The notes beneath the pieces were generated by a model. The model saw only the letters and a program-made list of their open reading frames with translations. It made no database searches and had not been told where the DNA came from. 64,000 bases of DNA from Candidatus Nanoarchaeia archaeon (GTDB lineage: Archaea; Nanobdellota; Nanobdellia; SCGC-AAA011-G17; GW2011-AR18), in assembly GCA_035289605.1 (NCBI GenBank), contig DATDWR010000022.1:45295-109294 (forward strand). The letters are read 5' to 3'. Both the position numbers and the translations under genes were made by a program. This document shows positions 38,476 to 48,582 of the stretch, piece after piece (the stretch's first letter is position 1; every line of letters starts with the position of its first letter).

Positions 38476-39333
38476 ATGAGCTTAAAGGATATTTCTAAAT
38501 CAACAATTGTCTTATTAGTTGTAGTTATTTTATCTATTCTGGCCTTCTTGTTTCTGCCATTGCTGCTTGCCGTAGCTGTTTTCTTGGCTGTCCTTCTTCC
38601 GGTTATAATTTTTGTATTGATAAAAAAATGGATTTCAAAGACTTTTGCATCTGTTGTCTTTTCTTTTTCTGTTTGGCTTAATATTGTTATAGTTTTAATT
38701 CCGCTGTTTGCTGGCTTTGCAGCTCTTAATTTTGCTGAATTCTCAAAAAGCTTGTCAAGCAATGATAAAGTTATAGCTATTGACGATAATGGATTGATTT
38801 TTGCTTTTCAGTTTAAGGATTTTAACAATGTGCAGTCAGTAAAAATTTATTCCAGTCGAGAGTTAAAAAATTTAAGGGAAAATTTAGCATCTGATAATTT
38901 GAACAATCTGATGATATTTATTATAAATAAAAAGATTTTTGATCCTGTTAAGAGTATTTCTATGTCGGGAATTGTTTTAAGTAATGATGAAGCTTTTGAG
39001 TTTCTAGCTTCAGAAGACTCGAATGCTTTCCTATCAAAGAAATTAGGAGCTGCCCAGAAAGATATTAGCTCAGATAATATGAAGGTCATGGCTGTGTTTA
39101 AGTTGTTTGAGGGAATTCTGAATGAAAACTCAGCTATTTATATTGTGTCTTCCTACAAGAGTGGATTAATAGAAGTGTATCCTGATTATTTCTCACTAAG
39201 GCTTATCAAGTATCTTCCTGATGCTGTTTTGGAAAATGCTGTTTCATCTCTAATGCCATCGCAGAAAAGCAGTAATAAAAATGTAAACAAACAGGATATT
39301 AAGCATGATCAACCGCTGCTTTTAGCGCCTTGA
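38476..39333 (+). CDS. Hypothetical membrane protein
   Basis: Two to three N-terminal TMs followed by a soluble domain. Confidence 0.65.
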   Translation: MSLKDISKSTIVLLVVVILSILAFLFLPLLLAVAVFLAVLLPVIIFVLIKKWISKTFASVVFSFSVWLNIVIVLIPLFAGFAALNFAEFSKSLSSNDKVIAIDDNGLIFAFQFKDFNNVQSVKIYSSRELKNLRENLASDNLNNLMIFIINKKIFDPVKSISMSGIVLSNDEAFEFLASEDSNAFLSKKLGAAQKDISSDNMKVMAVFKLFEGILNENSAIYIVSSYKSGLIEVYPDYFSLRLIKYLPDAVLENAVSSLMPSQKSSNKNVNKQDIKHDQPLLLAP

Positions 39334-40141
39334 TAGCTACTTGCACTTGCTTGTTGTCTGGTTCTTTTGTTGTTATCTTTTGTATTAGTAATCCTGGAAG
39401 TATTAGAGCTTTAAGGAAGCTGAATCTTGCTCCTAGTCTTAGTATCTCATAGCTTATGCTGGCAATTACAGGAAGTAGAATTATTCTCAGGCCTAGCTTT
39501 GTTGCAAAATTATAATTTTTAGGTATAAATAAATAGACTATTATGCTTATGAATAACACTAGAAACACGAATGTTGTTCCGCATCTCTTGTGTATTGTGG
39601 AAAATTTTTGTGTTTCCTCTACTGTAAGTTTTTTCTTGTTTTCATGGCATGCAACTGCCTTGTGTTCTGCTCCGTGGTATTGGAAGACTCTGTATACTTC
39701 TTTGTTTAGTGATATTAAATAAATGTATCCAACAAATAATACTATTTTTATTATTCCGTCAATAAAATTAAATAAGATGTTATTTACGTTTGCTGCTCTG
39801 TTTATTATTGTTGTTAGCAATAATGGCAGGAATTTAAATAGCACTATTGCGAGAATAACCGCAAATGCAATGCTGAATACCATTTCTTTTGTGCTGATTT
39901 TCTCTTCCTTCCCTAGCTGCATGTTGCTTGAGTAATTCAAAGCTTTGATTCCTATGTATAATATTACAAACAGGTTTATTATTCCTCTCCAGAATGGTAT
40001 TTTGCTGTCTTTTATTTTTAGTTTCTCTTTTTTGACAGCTATTTTTCCGTTCTTTTTTCTTACTGCTATGGCTATGTTATCTTTATATTTCATCATCACC
40101 CCTTCTATTAATGCCTGTCCTCCAACATAGTATTTTGTCAT
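39299..40141 (-). CDS. DUF1385 membrane protein (putative metalloprotease)
   Basis: VGGQALIEGVMM, FQYHGAEHK, HKRCGTTF, TTKEP; start set at MTKYYV. Confidence 0.9.
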   Translation of the reverse strand: MTKYYVGGQALIEGVMMKYKDNIAIAVRKKNGKIAVKKEKLKIKDSKIPFWRGIINLFVILYIGIKALNYSSNMQLGKEEKISTKEMVFSIAFAVILAIVLFKFLPLLLTTIINRAANVNNILFNFIDGIIKIVLFVGYIYLISLNKEVYRVFQYHGAEHKAVACHENKKKLTVEETQKFSTIHKRCGTTFVFLVLFISIIVYLFIPKNYNFATKLGLRIILLPVIASISYEILRLGARFSFLKALILPGLLIQKITTKEPDNKQVQVAIKALKAAVDHA

Positions 40142-40146
40142 AATTT

Positions 40147-40908
40147 TTACCAGCTCAAGTTTTTGGTGAACACTACAAGGTTTGAATGCCACTTGTGAAG
40201 TTTGCTCACGCTCTTTCCTACTACATAATTCTTCTTGTTTTTAATGTTATCTAAAAATTCTCCAATGTTGTCTGCATATGAGCATGTTAGAGTGTTTCCA
40301 AGAAATTTCAGCATATGGGCATCGCTTCCGCCTGTTGCGCCTTTGGCTGTTCCATGAGCCCATTCTATTGCTTTTGAATTTATGCTGGGATACATTATAG
40401 AATTAATTACTTCTATGCCTTCCAGTCTGTTTACTAGCCATTTATTTCTTTGTGAGTATTTGTAGCTGTTTTTAGGTCCTATTGAGAAGGGGTGCGGCAA
40501 TATTAGAAGTGTTGCATATTCCTTGGTTTTTTCTATTAGTTCTTCTGTGCTCCATTTTAGTTTTCTCATATTAAATCCTTTGTTTTTCAGATGATATCCA
40601 TTTATGTATTTTGTATAATAGTCTATCATGTCTCTCTCTTTGTAAAAGTAAGCCAGAAAATCTATGGAATCTTTTGATGTAACTTCTATTCCAGGTATTC
40701 CTATTTTTTCTCTGCACGCTTTTAAGCTAGAGCTTATTTCATTGTGGTCTGTTATGCTTATTTTTATATTCATATTTTTGGCTTTTTGTATTAATTCTTC
40801 TGCTGTGTTTCTGCCGTCAGAAGCAGTGGTATGAGAATGCATGTCAATCTTCATCATTCCTTTTATTTCTTCTAAATTATGCGGACTTTTTATTATTATT
40901 TTTATCAT
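40147..40908 (-). CDS. PHP-domain phosphoesterase
   Basis: DMHSHTTASDG, ITDHN, PGIEV, PHPF, GGSDAH. Confidence 0.9.
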   Translation of the reverse strand: MIKIIIKSPHNLEEIKGMMKIDMHSHTTASDGRNTAEELIQKAKNMNIKISITDHNEISSSLKACREKIGIPGIEVTSKDSIDFLAYFYKERDMIDYYTKYINGYHLKNKGFNMRKLKWSTEELIEKTKEYATLLILPHPFSIGPKNSYKYSQRNKWLVNRLEGIEVINSIMYPSINSKAIEWAHGTAKGATGGSDAHMLKFLGNTLTCSYADNIGEFLDNIKNKKNYVVGKSVSKLHKWHSNLVVFTKNLSW

Positions 40909-40998
40909 CGCTTCTTTGGTTTGTATGTTCTAAATTAAAGCTTTGTGTTTTCATGCAGATCGCAAAACTTTTAATAATGTAGTAAGTATTGAATTTTT

Positions 40999-41772
40999 AT
41001 GAAAGTTGAGAATGAGCCGTTTCAGCTGGATTATGAAAGGTTTTCTATTGCACAAAACCTTAAGGAAATAGCTAAAAGGTATAATATTAAGACTGCTTTG
41101 GAAGCTCCTGCTCCCGGGCTTAAGGCAATGCCTTCTCTGTATTCTTTAGGTTTGGGTGAAGCAGGTTGTGATGTAACTTTGGTTAATCCTGAGGCTGAAG
41201 GAGTAAAAGTTTGGAAAGATTTAAAATTTAAGGTAACCGCTAAAAAGACAAACGACTTGGCAAAACTTCCTTTCAAAGATAATTCTTTTGATTTTGTCTG
41301 GAATTTTAATACTCTGTCATTGCACAAGAATTATGATGAAATATTGAAGGAATTTATCAGGGTTTCAAAAAAACATGTTTGCTTGTTGTGTGTTAATGGT
41401 TATAATGTAGGTTCTCCGATGCACAGGATACTGCATTATTTCAAGAATGTTCCTTGGACTCATGGTGACAAGATGTTTTTGTATCCTGAAAAGGTTAAAA
41501 AATTAATGAGTAACAATGGATTGAAAATAGTTAAAGTTGGTGTTATGAATTGTCCTGTATGGCCTGATACTGTAGGTTTTAGGGATATGAAATTTCATAA
41601 AATTGAATCACAGCTAAAAAATTTGAAGTGGCATGCAAACACTATTGATTTTATGAAGAATAATTCTTATCCTAAATGGATTTATAGTATGTACAAGTTT
41701 GAGAAGATGCCTATGGTTTGGCCAATTAAATTATTGTATGCCCACCTTTTTTATGTTGTTGGGGAAAAATAA
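40999..41772 (+). CDS. Class I SAM-dependent methyltransferase
   Basis: LPFKDNSFDFVWNF, LKEFIRVSKK; atypical motif I. Confidence 0.75.
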   Translation: MKVENEPFQLDYERFSIAQNLKEIAKRYNIKTALEAPAPGLKAMPSLYSLGLGEAGCDVTLVNPEAEGVKVWKDLKFKVTAKKTNDLAKLPFKDNSFDFVWNFNTLSLHKNYDEILKEFIRVSKKHVCLLCVNGYNVGSPMHRILHYFKNVPWTHGDKMFLYPEKVKKLMSNNGLKIVKVGVMNCPVWPDTVGFRDMKFHKIESQLKNLKWHANTIDFMKNNSYPKWIYSMYKFEKMPMVWPIKLLYAHLFYVVGEK

Positions 41773-42104
41773 CTAGATTCTTGACTCTATAACGCTAAAC
41801 CTTCTATCTAAACTGCTAAAATTATTCTCTAATAAAGAAACTCTATTATCTAAGCTATGAACATCATCTCTAATTTCCTTTACTGCAATAACTACAGTAT
41901 CTACTTTATATGAATATTCTCCAAGCTTTTTAACTACAGCCATAAGAGTAACCAAACCGACACCATAAGGAATTGCCTTTATTATCGCTGGAGTATTTAT
42001 ATAACCAAGATCTTTAGCTAAAAACCATAAGAATAGTATAATAACTCCTATCCAAAAATCCAAAACACTATAGACCAGTCAATTTTTATTTCTAATCTTT
42101 TCAT
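41773..42104 (-). pseudogene. Small TM + coiled-coil protein frameshifted by an 8-bp tandem duplication
   Basis: TTTTGGAT occurs twice (42050-42065); removing one copy restores MKRLEIKIDWSIVFWIGVIILFLWFLAKDLGYINTP..., 107 aa. Confidence 0.7.
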
Positions 42105-42224
42105 AATATTATTGAGGTATTGAAATTTATAAAATTTATAAGTCTTTCCTAGAAATTGATGTAAAATATTCAAAATTTGTAAAAAGAACGAAACTAATAT
42201 AAGTTTAACTGAAAATTTTAATTT

Positions 42225-43106
42225 ATGAAATCAGTCTCTGTTGTTGTAATTACATATAATGAGGAAAAAAATATTGAAGACTGCTTGAATTCTTTAGTTA
42301 GTCAAGACTATCCAAAGGGCAAATATGAAATAATTGTTGTTGATGCTTCCTTAGACAAGACAGCTGAATTAGCTTCTAAATTCAAAAATGTAAAAGTTCA
42401 CAAGTCTAAGGAAAAAGGTTTTGCTGTACAGAGGAACCTGGGAATTAAGTTAGCAAAAAACGAGCTTATTGCTTCTACTGATGCTGACTGCATTGCTCCT
42501 AGGGACTGGTTAAAAAGGCTTGTCAGCAGTTTAGAAAAAAATAATGTTTCTGGTGTTGGTGGTAGCGCTTTTCCTCCTAAAGATTCTTGCTATATAGGCT
42601 TGTGCATTGCTTGTCTTGGTTTTCCTGCTGGCGGTGCTTTGGGTTTGAATAAGAATGACTCTATATCCATTGGTAATTCTATTTTTTACAAAAAAGTTCT
42701 GGAAGATGTTAATGGTTTCAATCCTAATATGAAGTATGGAGGGGAGGACACAGATTTAACTAAAAGATTAAAAAAGAAAGGATATAAAATAATTATCGAG
42801 CCTGATTTGTTTGTCTATCATAAGACAAGAAACTTTAAAGAATTTTTATCATGGTGTTTCAGAAGAGGAAAGGCAAAGTTTCATTTGTCCAAAAGTCCTG
42901 TGCAAATTTTAATGCCTTTAGCGATTTTAATTTATCCTTTCAATAGTAAGTTTTGGAGAGTGGTAACGAAAAGGAAAGCTATAAAAATAGACCTTTTTTC
43001 TGTATTTTTAGTCGTTCCTTGTCTTTTCTTTTTAAGGCAGGTGTTTATGACATTAGGGTGGTCTTATGAATTTGCCAGATGCTTTATCAGGAAGGAGAAG
43101 TATTAG
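42225..43106 (+). CDS. Glycosyltransferase family 2
   Basis: SVVVITYNEE, RNLGI, TDADC, GEDTD. Confidence 0.92.
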   Translation: MKSVSVVVITYNEEKNIEDCLNSLVSQDYPKGKYEIIVVDASLDKTAELASKFKNVKVHKSKEKGFAVQRNLGIKLAKNELIASTDADCIAPRDWLKRLVSSLEKNNVSGVGGSAFPPKDSCYIGLCIACLGFPAGGALGLNKNDSISIGNSIFYKKVLEDVNGFNPNMKYGGEDTDLTKRLKKKGYKIIIEPDLFVYHKTRNFKEFLSWCFRRGKAKFHLSKSPVQILMPLAILIYPFNSKFWRVVTKRKAIKIDLFSVFLVVPCLFFLRQVFMTLGWSYEFARCFIRKEKY

Positions 43107-44412
43107 AACTTTCAAGCAAGATCCAGTTCCTGACTCTATAGTTAAGGAAATTCTCCATGCAGGCATTTTAGCTCCTGCTCCTTCTAACAGGCAGCAGTGG
43201 GAGGTTGTTATTGTTAATGATAAAAAAGTAATAGAAAGGCTTCATAAGGAAGCTGGTGCTCAGGAGACTGTTCTTAATTGCCCTATTCTTTTTGTTGTTA
43301 TTGTTGATATGGAATTTAATAAGGAGAATTTTTCTAATGTTCAGGCTACAGCAGCTGCAGTTCAGAACATGCAGTTAAAGGCTTTTGATTTAGGTTACGG
43401 TAGCTGTTGCATGGCAGGCATTGGTGACGTTAACAAAATTAAAGAAATATTAGGTATTCAAGATCCTTGGCTTCCTGTTTGTTATATGATGCTTGGTGTT
43501 CCTGCAGAAGCCCCTACTATGCCTCCTAAAAAAGAGTTGGGAGAAATTTATCATTATAATAAGTATGTTCAGAAGTCTGAGAGGATGCAGTCTAGTGTTT
43601 TTCCTAAGGACTGGACTTTGAATCAGTTGAGGATGCATCAGAAATTTGTATCAAGAGCTTACAAGCTGGGCACTGACTACGAGTTTTATGATGCTGATGA
43701 AATAGATAATATAAAAAAAGTTCTTAAGGATTATTTGTCTTACAAGAGAAAAGTTCTTGCTTTGCTTAGTTATGATGGAACTGTTATAAGGCAGCTGGAA
43801 AAGTTGTTTGATGGCCACGAGTTGGTTTGTTGTGAGCTAAGCAGGGAAGCAGCAGATTTTGTTCAGTTCAAGACCAAAAAACCTTCTTTCACAACATTTA
43901 ATGATAAAATACAAAATGTTGAGGATAATTCTATCGATCTTGTGCTTATAACTTTCTCTTTGGAGAAGGTTCCTGATCCTGAGATTTTTCTTAAGGAAGC
44001 TAAGAGGGTTGTTTCTAAGGATGGAAAAATTATTCTCTTCTTTAAAAGTAAGGGTTCTATGTATGGCTTGATGTATTCAGGAATTACTAAAGGCCTTGGT
44101 GTTAAGCACATGGAAGGTTTTTATGTTCGTTCCGGTCCGTTTGCTCCCCTTAGTGTTTCTGAAATGAAAGAAAATGTGAATAATTTAAATTTAAAAATTG
44201 TTTCTAAGGGAGGTTTCTTTTTTGTTCCTGCTGAAATAAAGATTTATCAGCAAAAGCTTGACGGTTATATGAGAAGGCATGGGAAGAAATTGAGTGTTGC
44301 AAAGTATCTTGTCAAGCCTGCAATTGGTTTTGGAAATTTTCTTTTCAATGCAACAAAAAGCTACAACAAGCATGCTCTTGCAGTTACTCGTTACTGGATT
44401 CTTCAGAAGTAA
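43066..44412 (+). CDS. Nitroreductase fused to methyltransferase-like domain
   Basis: RRSIRTF, APAPSNRQQW, AAVQNMQLKAFDLGYGSC; C-terminal DNSIDLV...LEKVPDPEIFLKEAKRV. Confidence 0.82.
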   Translation: MNLPDALSGRRSIRTFKQDPVPDSIVKEILHAGILAPAPSNRQQWEVVIVNDKKVIERLHKEAGAQETVLNCPILFVVIVDMEFNKENFSNVQATAAAVQNMQLKAFDLGYGSCCMAGIGDVNKIKEILGIQDPWLPVCYMMLGVPAEAPTMPPKKELGEIYHYNKYVQKSERMQSSVFPKDWTLNQLRMHQKFVSRAYKLGTDYEFYDADEIDNIKKVLKDYLSYKRKVLALLSYDGTVIRQLEKLFDGHELVCCELSREAADFVQFKTKKPSFTTFNDKIQNVEDNSIDLVLITFSLEKVPDPEIFLKEAKRVVSKDGKIILFFKSKGSMYGLMYSGITKGLGVKHMEGFYVRSGPFAPLSVSEMKENVNNLNLKIVSKGGFFFVPAEIKIYQQKLDGYMRRHGKKLSVAKYLVKPAIGFGNFLFNATKSYNKHALAVTRYWILQK

Positions 44413-44490
44413 TTAAAATTTTTAGATTATTTGTAGACTTTTCAGAAAAATTAGGGCAATGCTTTTAAATTTAAAAAACATACTAATTTT

Positions 44491-44754
44491 ATGGATGAGA
44501 ATAAATCGCTTGTAGTTTTTCAGAATAAGAAGATTAGAAGAATTTGGCATAATAATGAGTGGTTTTTTTCTGTTGTTGATATAATAGCAATTCTGACAGA
44601 ACAAAAGGATTTTCAAATAGCAAGAAAATATTGGAATAAGCTAAGTCAAAGACTTAAAGAGGAAGGAAGCGAAACGGTTACAATTTGTCACCAATTGAAA
44701 TTGATAGCTGAAGATAGAAAATTAAGAGAAACAGATTGCGCAAGGATATATTAA
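44491..44754 (+). pseudogene. Truncated Bro-N (phage antirepressor-like) protein
   Basis: IRRIWHNNEWFFSVVDII...YWNKLSQRLKEEGSETVTICHQLKL...RETDCA, then an abrupt stop. Confidence 0.75.
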
Positions 44755-44814
44755 GTATTATAAAAAAAGTTTTGAGTGTAGATAAATAATCAAAAAATGA
44801 AATTAAGTTTCCGT

Positions 44815-44851
44815 TGGACACGACACAAGAAACGCACGCCAGATTTATAAA
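44815..44851 (+). promoter_or_regulatory. TGGACACGACA motif plus TATA box ahead of nuclease-like gene
   Basis: Same motif as 16530-16563. Confidence 0.45.
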
Positions 44852-44872
44852 CAATAAAAATATTATAAATTA

Positions 44873-45553
44873 ATGAAATTAACAGAACAAGATATTAAAA
44901 ATTTGTATGAAGAGGTTAATGATTTAACTGATAATTTTAAGAGTATTAGCCCGGTTATAATTTTGCATAATACAAATTGGTTTAAAATATTAAATCTATT
45001 AAAAGAAAGCTATAGATCAGCAAATGAATTAACCTCAATTAGTTATAGTATGGGTGGCATAAAAAATAATGAAAATATGATTAAATATATAGCAATGAAA
45101 TATTGGCTACTTGTGAATTATTCAGGACATAAAACAAAAAGTAAATTTTTAGATAAATTTTTATATAATGGGGAGATATTTATTAGCAAGTTATTGGATG
45201 AATTAAAAATTGATCACAAATCTCAGTATATAATAAAAAATTCTATCTGTGGATATAATATTCCAAGATTAGTAGATGAATTTATATATCCAAATAAAGT
45301 GATTGAAATAAAGAATATTGATATGTTATCTGAAAACAATTTAAAAACGAATCAGGGACCAATTTTCGAATTAATAGGACAATTTATGTCATTAAACAAA
45401 TTTAATCCCGAATACAAGTTTATAACTATAATATCAGACAAAGATGACAAAATTAATAAGTTGCCACAAAGAGTATTTGATTCATTAAATATGCATGGAA
45501 TATATTCGATTTATACACTTGACAATTTAGAGGAGCTAAAAAATGTTGTCTGA
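44873..45553 (+). CDS. Putative PD-(D/E)XK endonuclease
   Basis: GEIFISKLLDELKI...VDEFIYPNKVIEIK fits the E...D...ExK pattern; very AT-rich; overlaps alaS start. Confidence 0.55.
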   Translation: MKLTEQDIKNLYEEVNDLTDNFKSISPVIILHNTNWFKILNLLKESYRSANELTSISYSMGGIKNNENMIKYIAMKYWLLVNYSGHKTKSKFLDKFLYNGEIFISKLLDELKIDHKSQYIIKNSICGYNIPRLVDEFIYPNKVIEIKNIDMLSENNLKTNQGPIFELIGQFMSLNKFNPEYKFITIISDKDDKINKLPQRVFDSLNMHGIYSIYTLDNLEELKNVV

Positions 45554-48044
45554 CAAAGAAATGAAAAAAGAATTTAAAATTATAGCTCAGAAAGAGCCAC
45601 AAAAATATTATCCGACTGAAACACTAAAAAATTTAGATTTTAAAAGAAAGAAGTGTAGTAAATGTGGAACATTCTTTTGGACAACAACAGAAAGAATAAT
45701 TTGTGATGATCCTCAATGTTCTGGAGGATTTAGATTTTTAGGAAAAACACCAGCAAAAAACAAATTAGAATATCTAGAAGTCTGGGAAAAATTTTCAAAA
45801 ACTTTTAAGAAGTTTGGATATACACCAATTAAAAGAATGCCCGTAGTTGCAAGATGGAATCCTTCTGTTGATTTTACTATAGCAAGCATAACTGCATTTC
45901 AACCATTTGTAGTTTCAGGAGAAGTTAAACCTCCAGTTAATCCATTAGTTATACCTCAAGTTTGTTTAAGGTTTTCCGACGTAGACAATATCGGAGTGAC
46001 AGGTCACTTTGTAGGATTTATTATGATGGGGCAACATTGTTTTGTTCCGCCAAAAGATTATAATACAAATAAATATCTAGAAGAGATTTATAATTGGTTA
46101 AATAAAGGCTTAGGAATTCCAAAAAATGAGTTAACGTTCCATGAAGATGCTTGGGCTGGTGGAGGAAATTTTGGGAGTAGTATAGAATTTTTCTCAAGAG
46201 GTTTAGAATTGGGCAATCAAGTATATATGCAATATGAACAAGCACAAACAGGATATAAAGAGCTGCCAATTAAAGTCTTAGATATGGGTGCTGGTCAAGA
46301 AAGAGCCGCGTGGTTTACCCAAGGAGAAGGAACTTCTTATGATGCTGCATTTCCAACGGTTTGTAATTCCCTTTACAAGTTAACAGGATTATGGCCGGAA
46401 AAAGATCTAACAAAAAGATTTTTGCCTTTAGCCAGCTATTTGAATGTTGATGAGGTTGAGGATTTGGAAAAATCTTGGAGAATAATTAGCAAGAAGATTG
46501 AAATGAATGTTGAAATTTTAAAGCAGAAAATTCTTCCTCTAAGTGAGTTATATAGTATAGGCGAGCATAGTCGCAGTTTGCTTTTCGCGTTAAATGATGG
46601 AGCTTTGTTCAGTAATTCTGGCGGTGGTTATAATTTGAGAATGCTTGCAAGAAGGTGTTTTAATTTTATAGAAAAAAATAACTGGCAGATTAGTTTGCCT
46701 GAGGTTTGTGAGTGGCATGCTAAATATTTGAAGAAGCAGTATCCGGAAGTAACTGAGAATTTAGCTGAGGTCAGAAAACTTCTTGACGTTGAAAAGTTTA
46801 AGTATGATTCTACAAAGCAAAAGTCTAAAGAGATTGTTGAGAAAATTATTAAAAATAAGGAGAATGTGACTGCTGACAAGCTGATTGAACTATATGACAG
46901 CAATGGTATTCAACCTGAAGTTATAAAAGAAGAATTAAATAAAGTTAACGTAAACATTAAAGTTCCTGATAATTTTTATAGCTTGGTCGCAGGCAGGCAC
47001 GAAAATAAGGAACAAGTTCACGCAACAGTAAAGGAGATAAATATTAGTTTGGATAATCTTCCTGAAACAAAAACATTATATTATAAGGACTATAAGTTAA
47101 GTGAATTTGACGCAAAAGTTCTCAAATCTCAAGGCCCTTATCTAGTTCTTGATCAGACAGTTTTCTACCCCACTTCAGGAGGCCAGCTTCATGACGTTGG
47201 TGTGATCAACAATTTAAAAGTTTTAGATGTTGTTAAGCAGGGAAAGATTATAGTTCATGTTCTAGAAAATAATACTCTTAAAGAAGGTGAAAAGGTTCAC
47301 GGCAAGATAGATTATGATAGAAGAATACAGCTAGCTCAGCACCACACTTCCACTCATATAATTAATGCAGCTGCAAGAGATGTTCTCGGTAAGCATGTTA
47401 ATCAAGCAGGCGCTAAGAAGACTTTGGAAAAAGCCCATATTGATATTACTCACTATCAGAGTTTGTCAGATGAAGAATTGAAGAAAATTGAAAAAGAAGC
47501 TAATAAAATAATTAAGGATGGAATTGGAATAAATAAAAGTTTTATGCCAAGGGAAGCAGCTGAAAAGAAATATGGTTTTGTTATTTATCAGGGAGGTGTT
47601 CCTATAGGTAAAGAGTTGCGTATAGTAGATATCAAAGGAATTGATGTTGAAGCTTGCGGTGGTACTCATTTGGATAATACTAAGGAAGCTGTAAAAATAA
47701 AGATTTTAAAATCTACTAAGATTTCAGATTCTATTGTCCGTATTGAGTTTGTTGCTGGAAAGAAAGCTTCTGAAGAGGAGCACAAGGAGAAGAATACTAT
47801 AAATGAATTAGCCAAATTATTGTATTGCAAACCTTCTCAAGTACCCTTTAGAGTTGAAGAATTATTTAATCTTTGGAAAGATGTTGTCAAGAAGAATAAG
47901 CCTTTCGAGTTTGTATTGATAAGCAATAATGAATTTCATGGTGACATTATTTCTAAGTCATGCGAAATTTTGAAGACTCAGCCTGAGCATTTGGTTAATA
48001 CTGTTATTAGATTTATTAAAGAAATTAAGGATAAGAAACATTAA
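45543..48044 (+). CDS. alaS: Alanine--tRNA ligase
   Basis: FTIASI, HEDAWAGGGNFG, DMGAGQER, FYPTSGGQ, QHHTSTH and ACGGTH editing motifs. Confidence 0.97.
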   Translation: MLSDKEMKKEFKIIAQKEPQKYYPTETLKNLDFKRKKCSKCGTFFWTTTERIICDDPQCSGGFRFLGKTPAKNKLEYLEVWEKFSKTFKKFGYTPIKRMPVVARWNPSVDFTIASITAFQPFVVSGEVKPPVNPLVIPQVCLRFSDVDNIGVTGHFVGFIMMGQHCFVPPKDYNTNKYLEEIYNWLNKGLGIPKNELTFHEDAWAGGGNFGSSIEFFSRGLELGNQVYMQYEQAQTGYKELPIKVLDMGAGQERAAWFTQGEGTSYDAAFPTVCNSLYKLTGLWPEKDLTKRFLPLASYLNVDEVEDLEKSWRIISKKIEMNVEILKQKILPLSELYSIGEHSRSLLFALNDGALFSNSGGGYNLRMLARRCFNFIEKNNWQISLPEVCEWHAKYLKKQYPEVTENLAEVRKLLDVEKFKYDSTKQKSKEIVEKIIKNKENVTADKLIELYDSNGIQPEVIKEELNKVNVNIKVPDNFYSLVAGRHENKEQVHATVKEINISLDNLPETKTLYYKDYKLSEFDAKVLKSQGPYLVLDQTVFYPTSGGQLHDVGVINNLKVLDVVKQGKIIVHVLENNTLKEGEKVHGKIDYDRRIQLAQHHTSTHIINAAARDVLGKHVNQAGAKKTLEKAHIDITHYQSLSDEELKKIEKEANKIIKDGIGINKSFMPREAAEKKYGFVIYQGGVPIGKELRIVDIKGIDVEACGGTHLDNTKEAVKIKILKSTKISDSIVRIEFVAGKKASEEEHKEKNTINELAKLLYCKPSQVPFRVEELFNLWKDVVKKNKPFEFVLISNNEFHGDIISKSCEILKTQPEHLVNTVIRFIKEIKDKKH

Positions 48045-48455
48045 TTTTTAAAATTATGAACTTGTAAATTCCTCAAATGAGATTTAATCCAGATTTTAAT
48101 CTCCTGAATCGACTTCTCATCTTTAGCTATATAAATAATAAAGTTTTCAGCATTTTTATAATCTATATCTAATGTTAACATATAAAAAGCTAAAAACATC
48201 TGAGCAACCATATGAGCAATTCTTTTATTTCCGTCATTAAAAGCGTGTTTTGTGGCAAATTCTTTGTAGCATAACAGATGCAATTTCAACAGGATCTGAA
48301 TTATTCTGAATTTTCTTAATAATTTTATGAATAATATAATAAAGAGTTCCCTTATCTCTAACTCCAAATACTTTATAATTTTGTGAAGAATTACTAATTA
48401 TATAATCATGCATGGTAATTATATTTTCAAAGAATATTTACTCCAAAGATTTCAT
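48041..48455 (-). pseudogene. Doc (death-on-curing, Fic fold) toxin pseudogene
   Basis: MKSLE*IFFENIITMHD...GVRDKGTL...EIASVML, then a frameshift into HAFNDGNKR. Confidence 0.8.
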
Positions 48456-48459
48456 TGGC

Positions 48460-48582
48460 TCAATGCTTCGCGAGTGCATCAAAAAGCTTTTTATCTTTAT
48501 TATAGATAAATCTGCACAAATCAAGCAAATAACCCCTATCCTTTAACTTTTCTAGTAAATCCGATTGGTTTCTTTTTATCAT
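48460..48582 (-). CDS. Putative Doc antitoxin (40 aa)
   Basis: MIKRNQSDLLEKLKDRGYLLDLCRFIYNKDKKLFDALAKH directly upstream of doc. Confidence 0.55.
   Translation of the reverse strand: MIKRNQSDLLEKLKDRGYLLDLCRFIYNKDKKLFDALAKH

Noticed and set aside
44813..44819. Integron attC site (GTTGGAC fits GTTRRRY)
   Set aside because: No matching RYYYAAC inverse core or hairpin, and the sister motif at 16530 lacks GTT.
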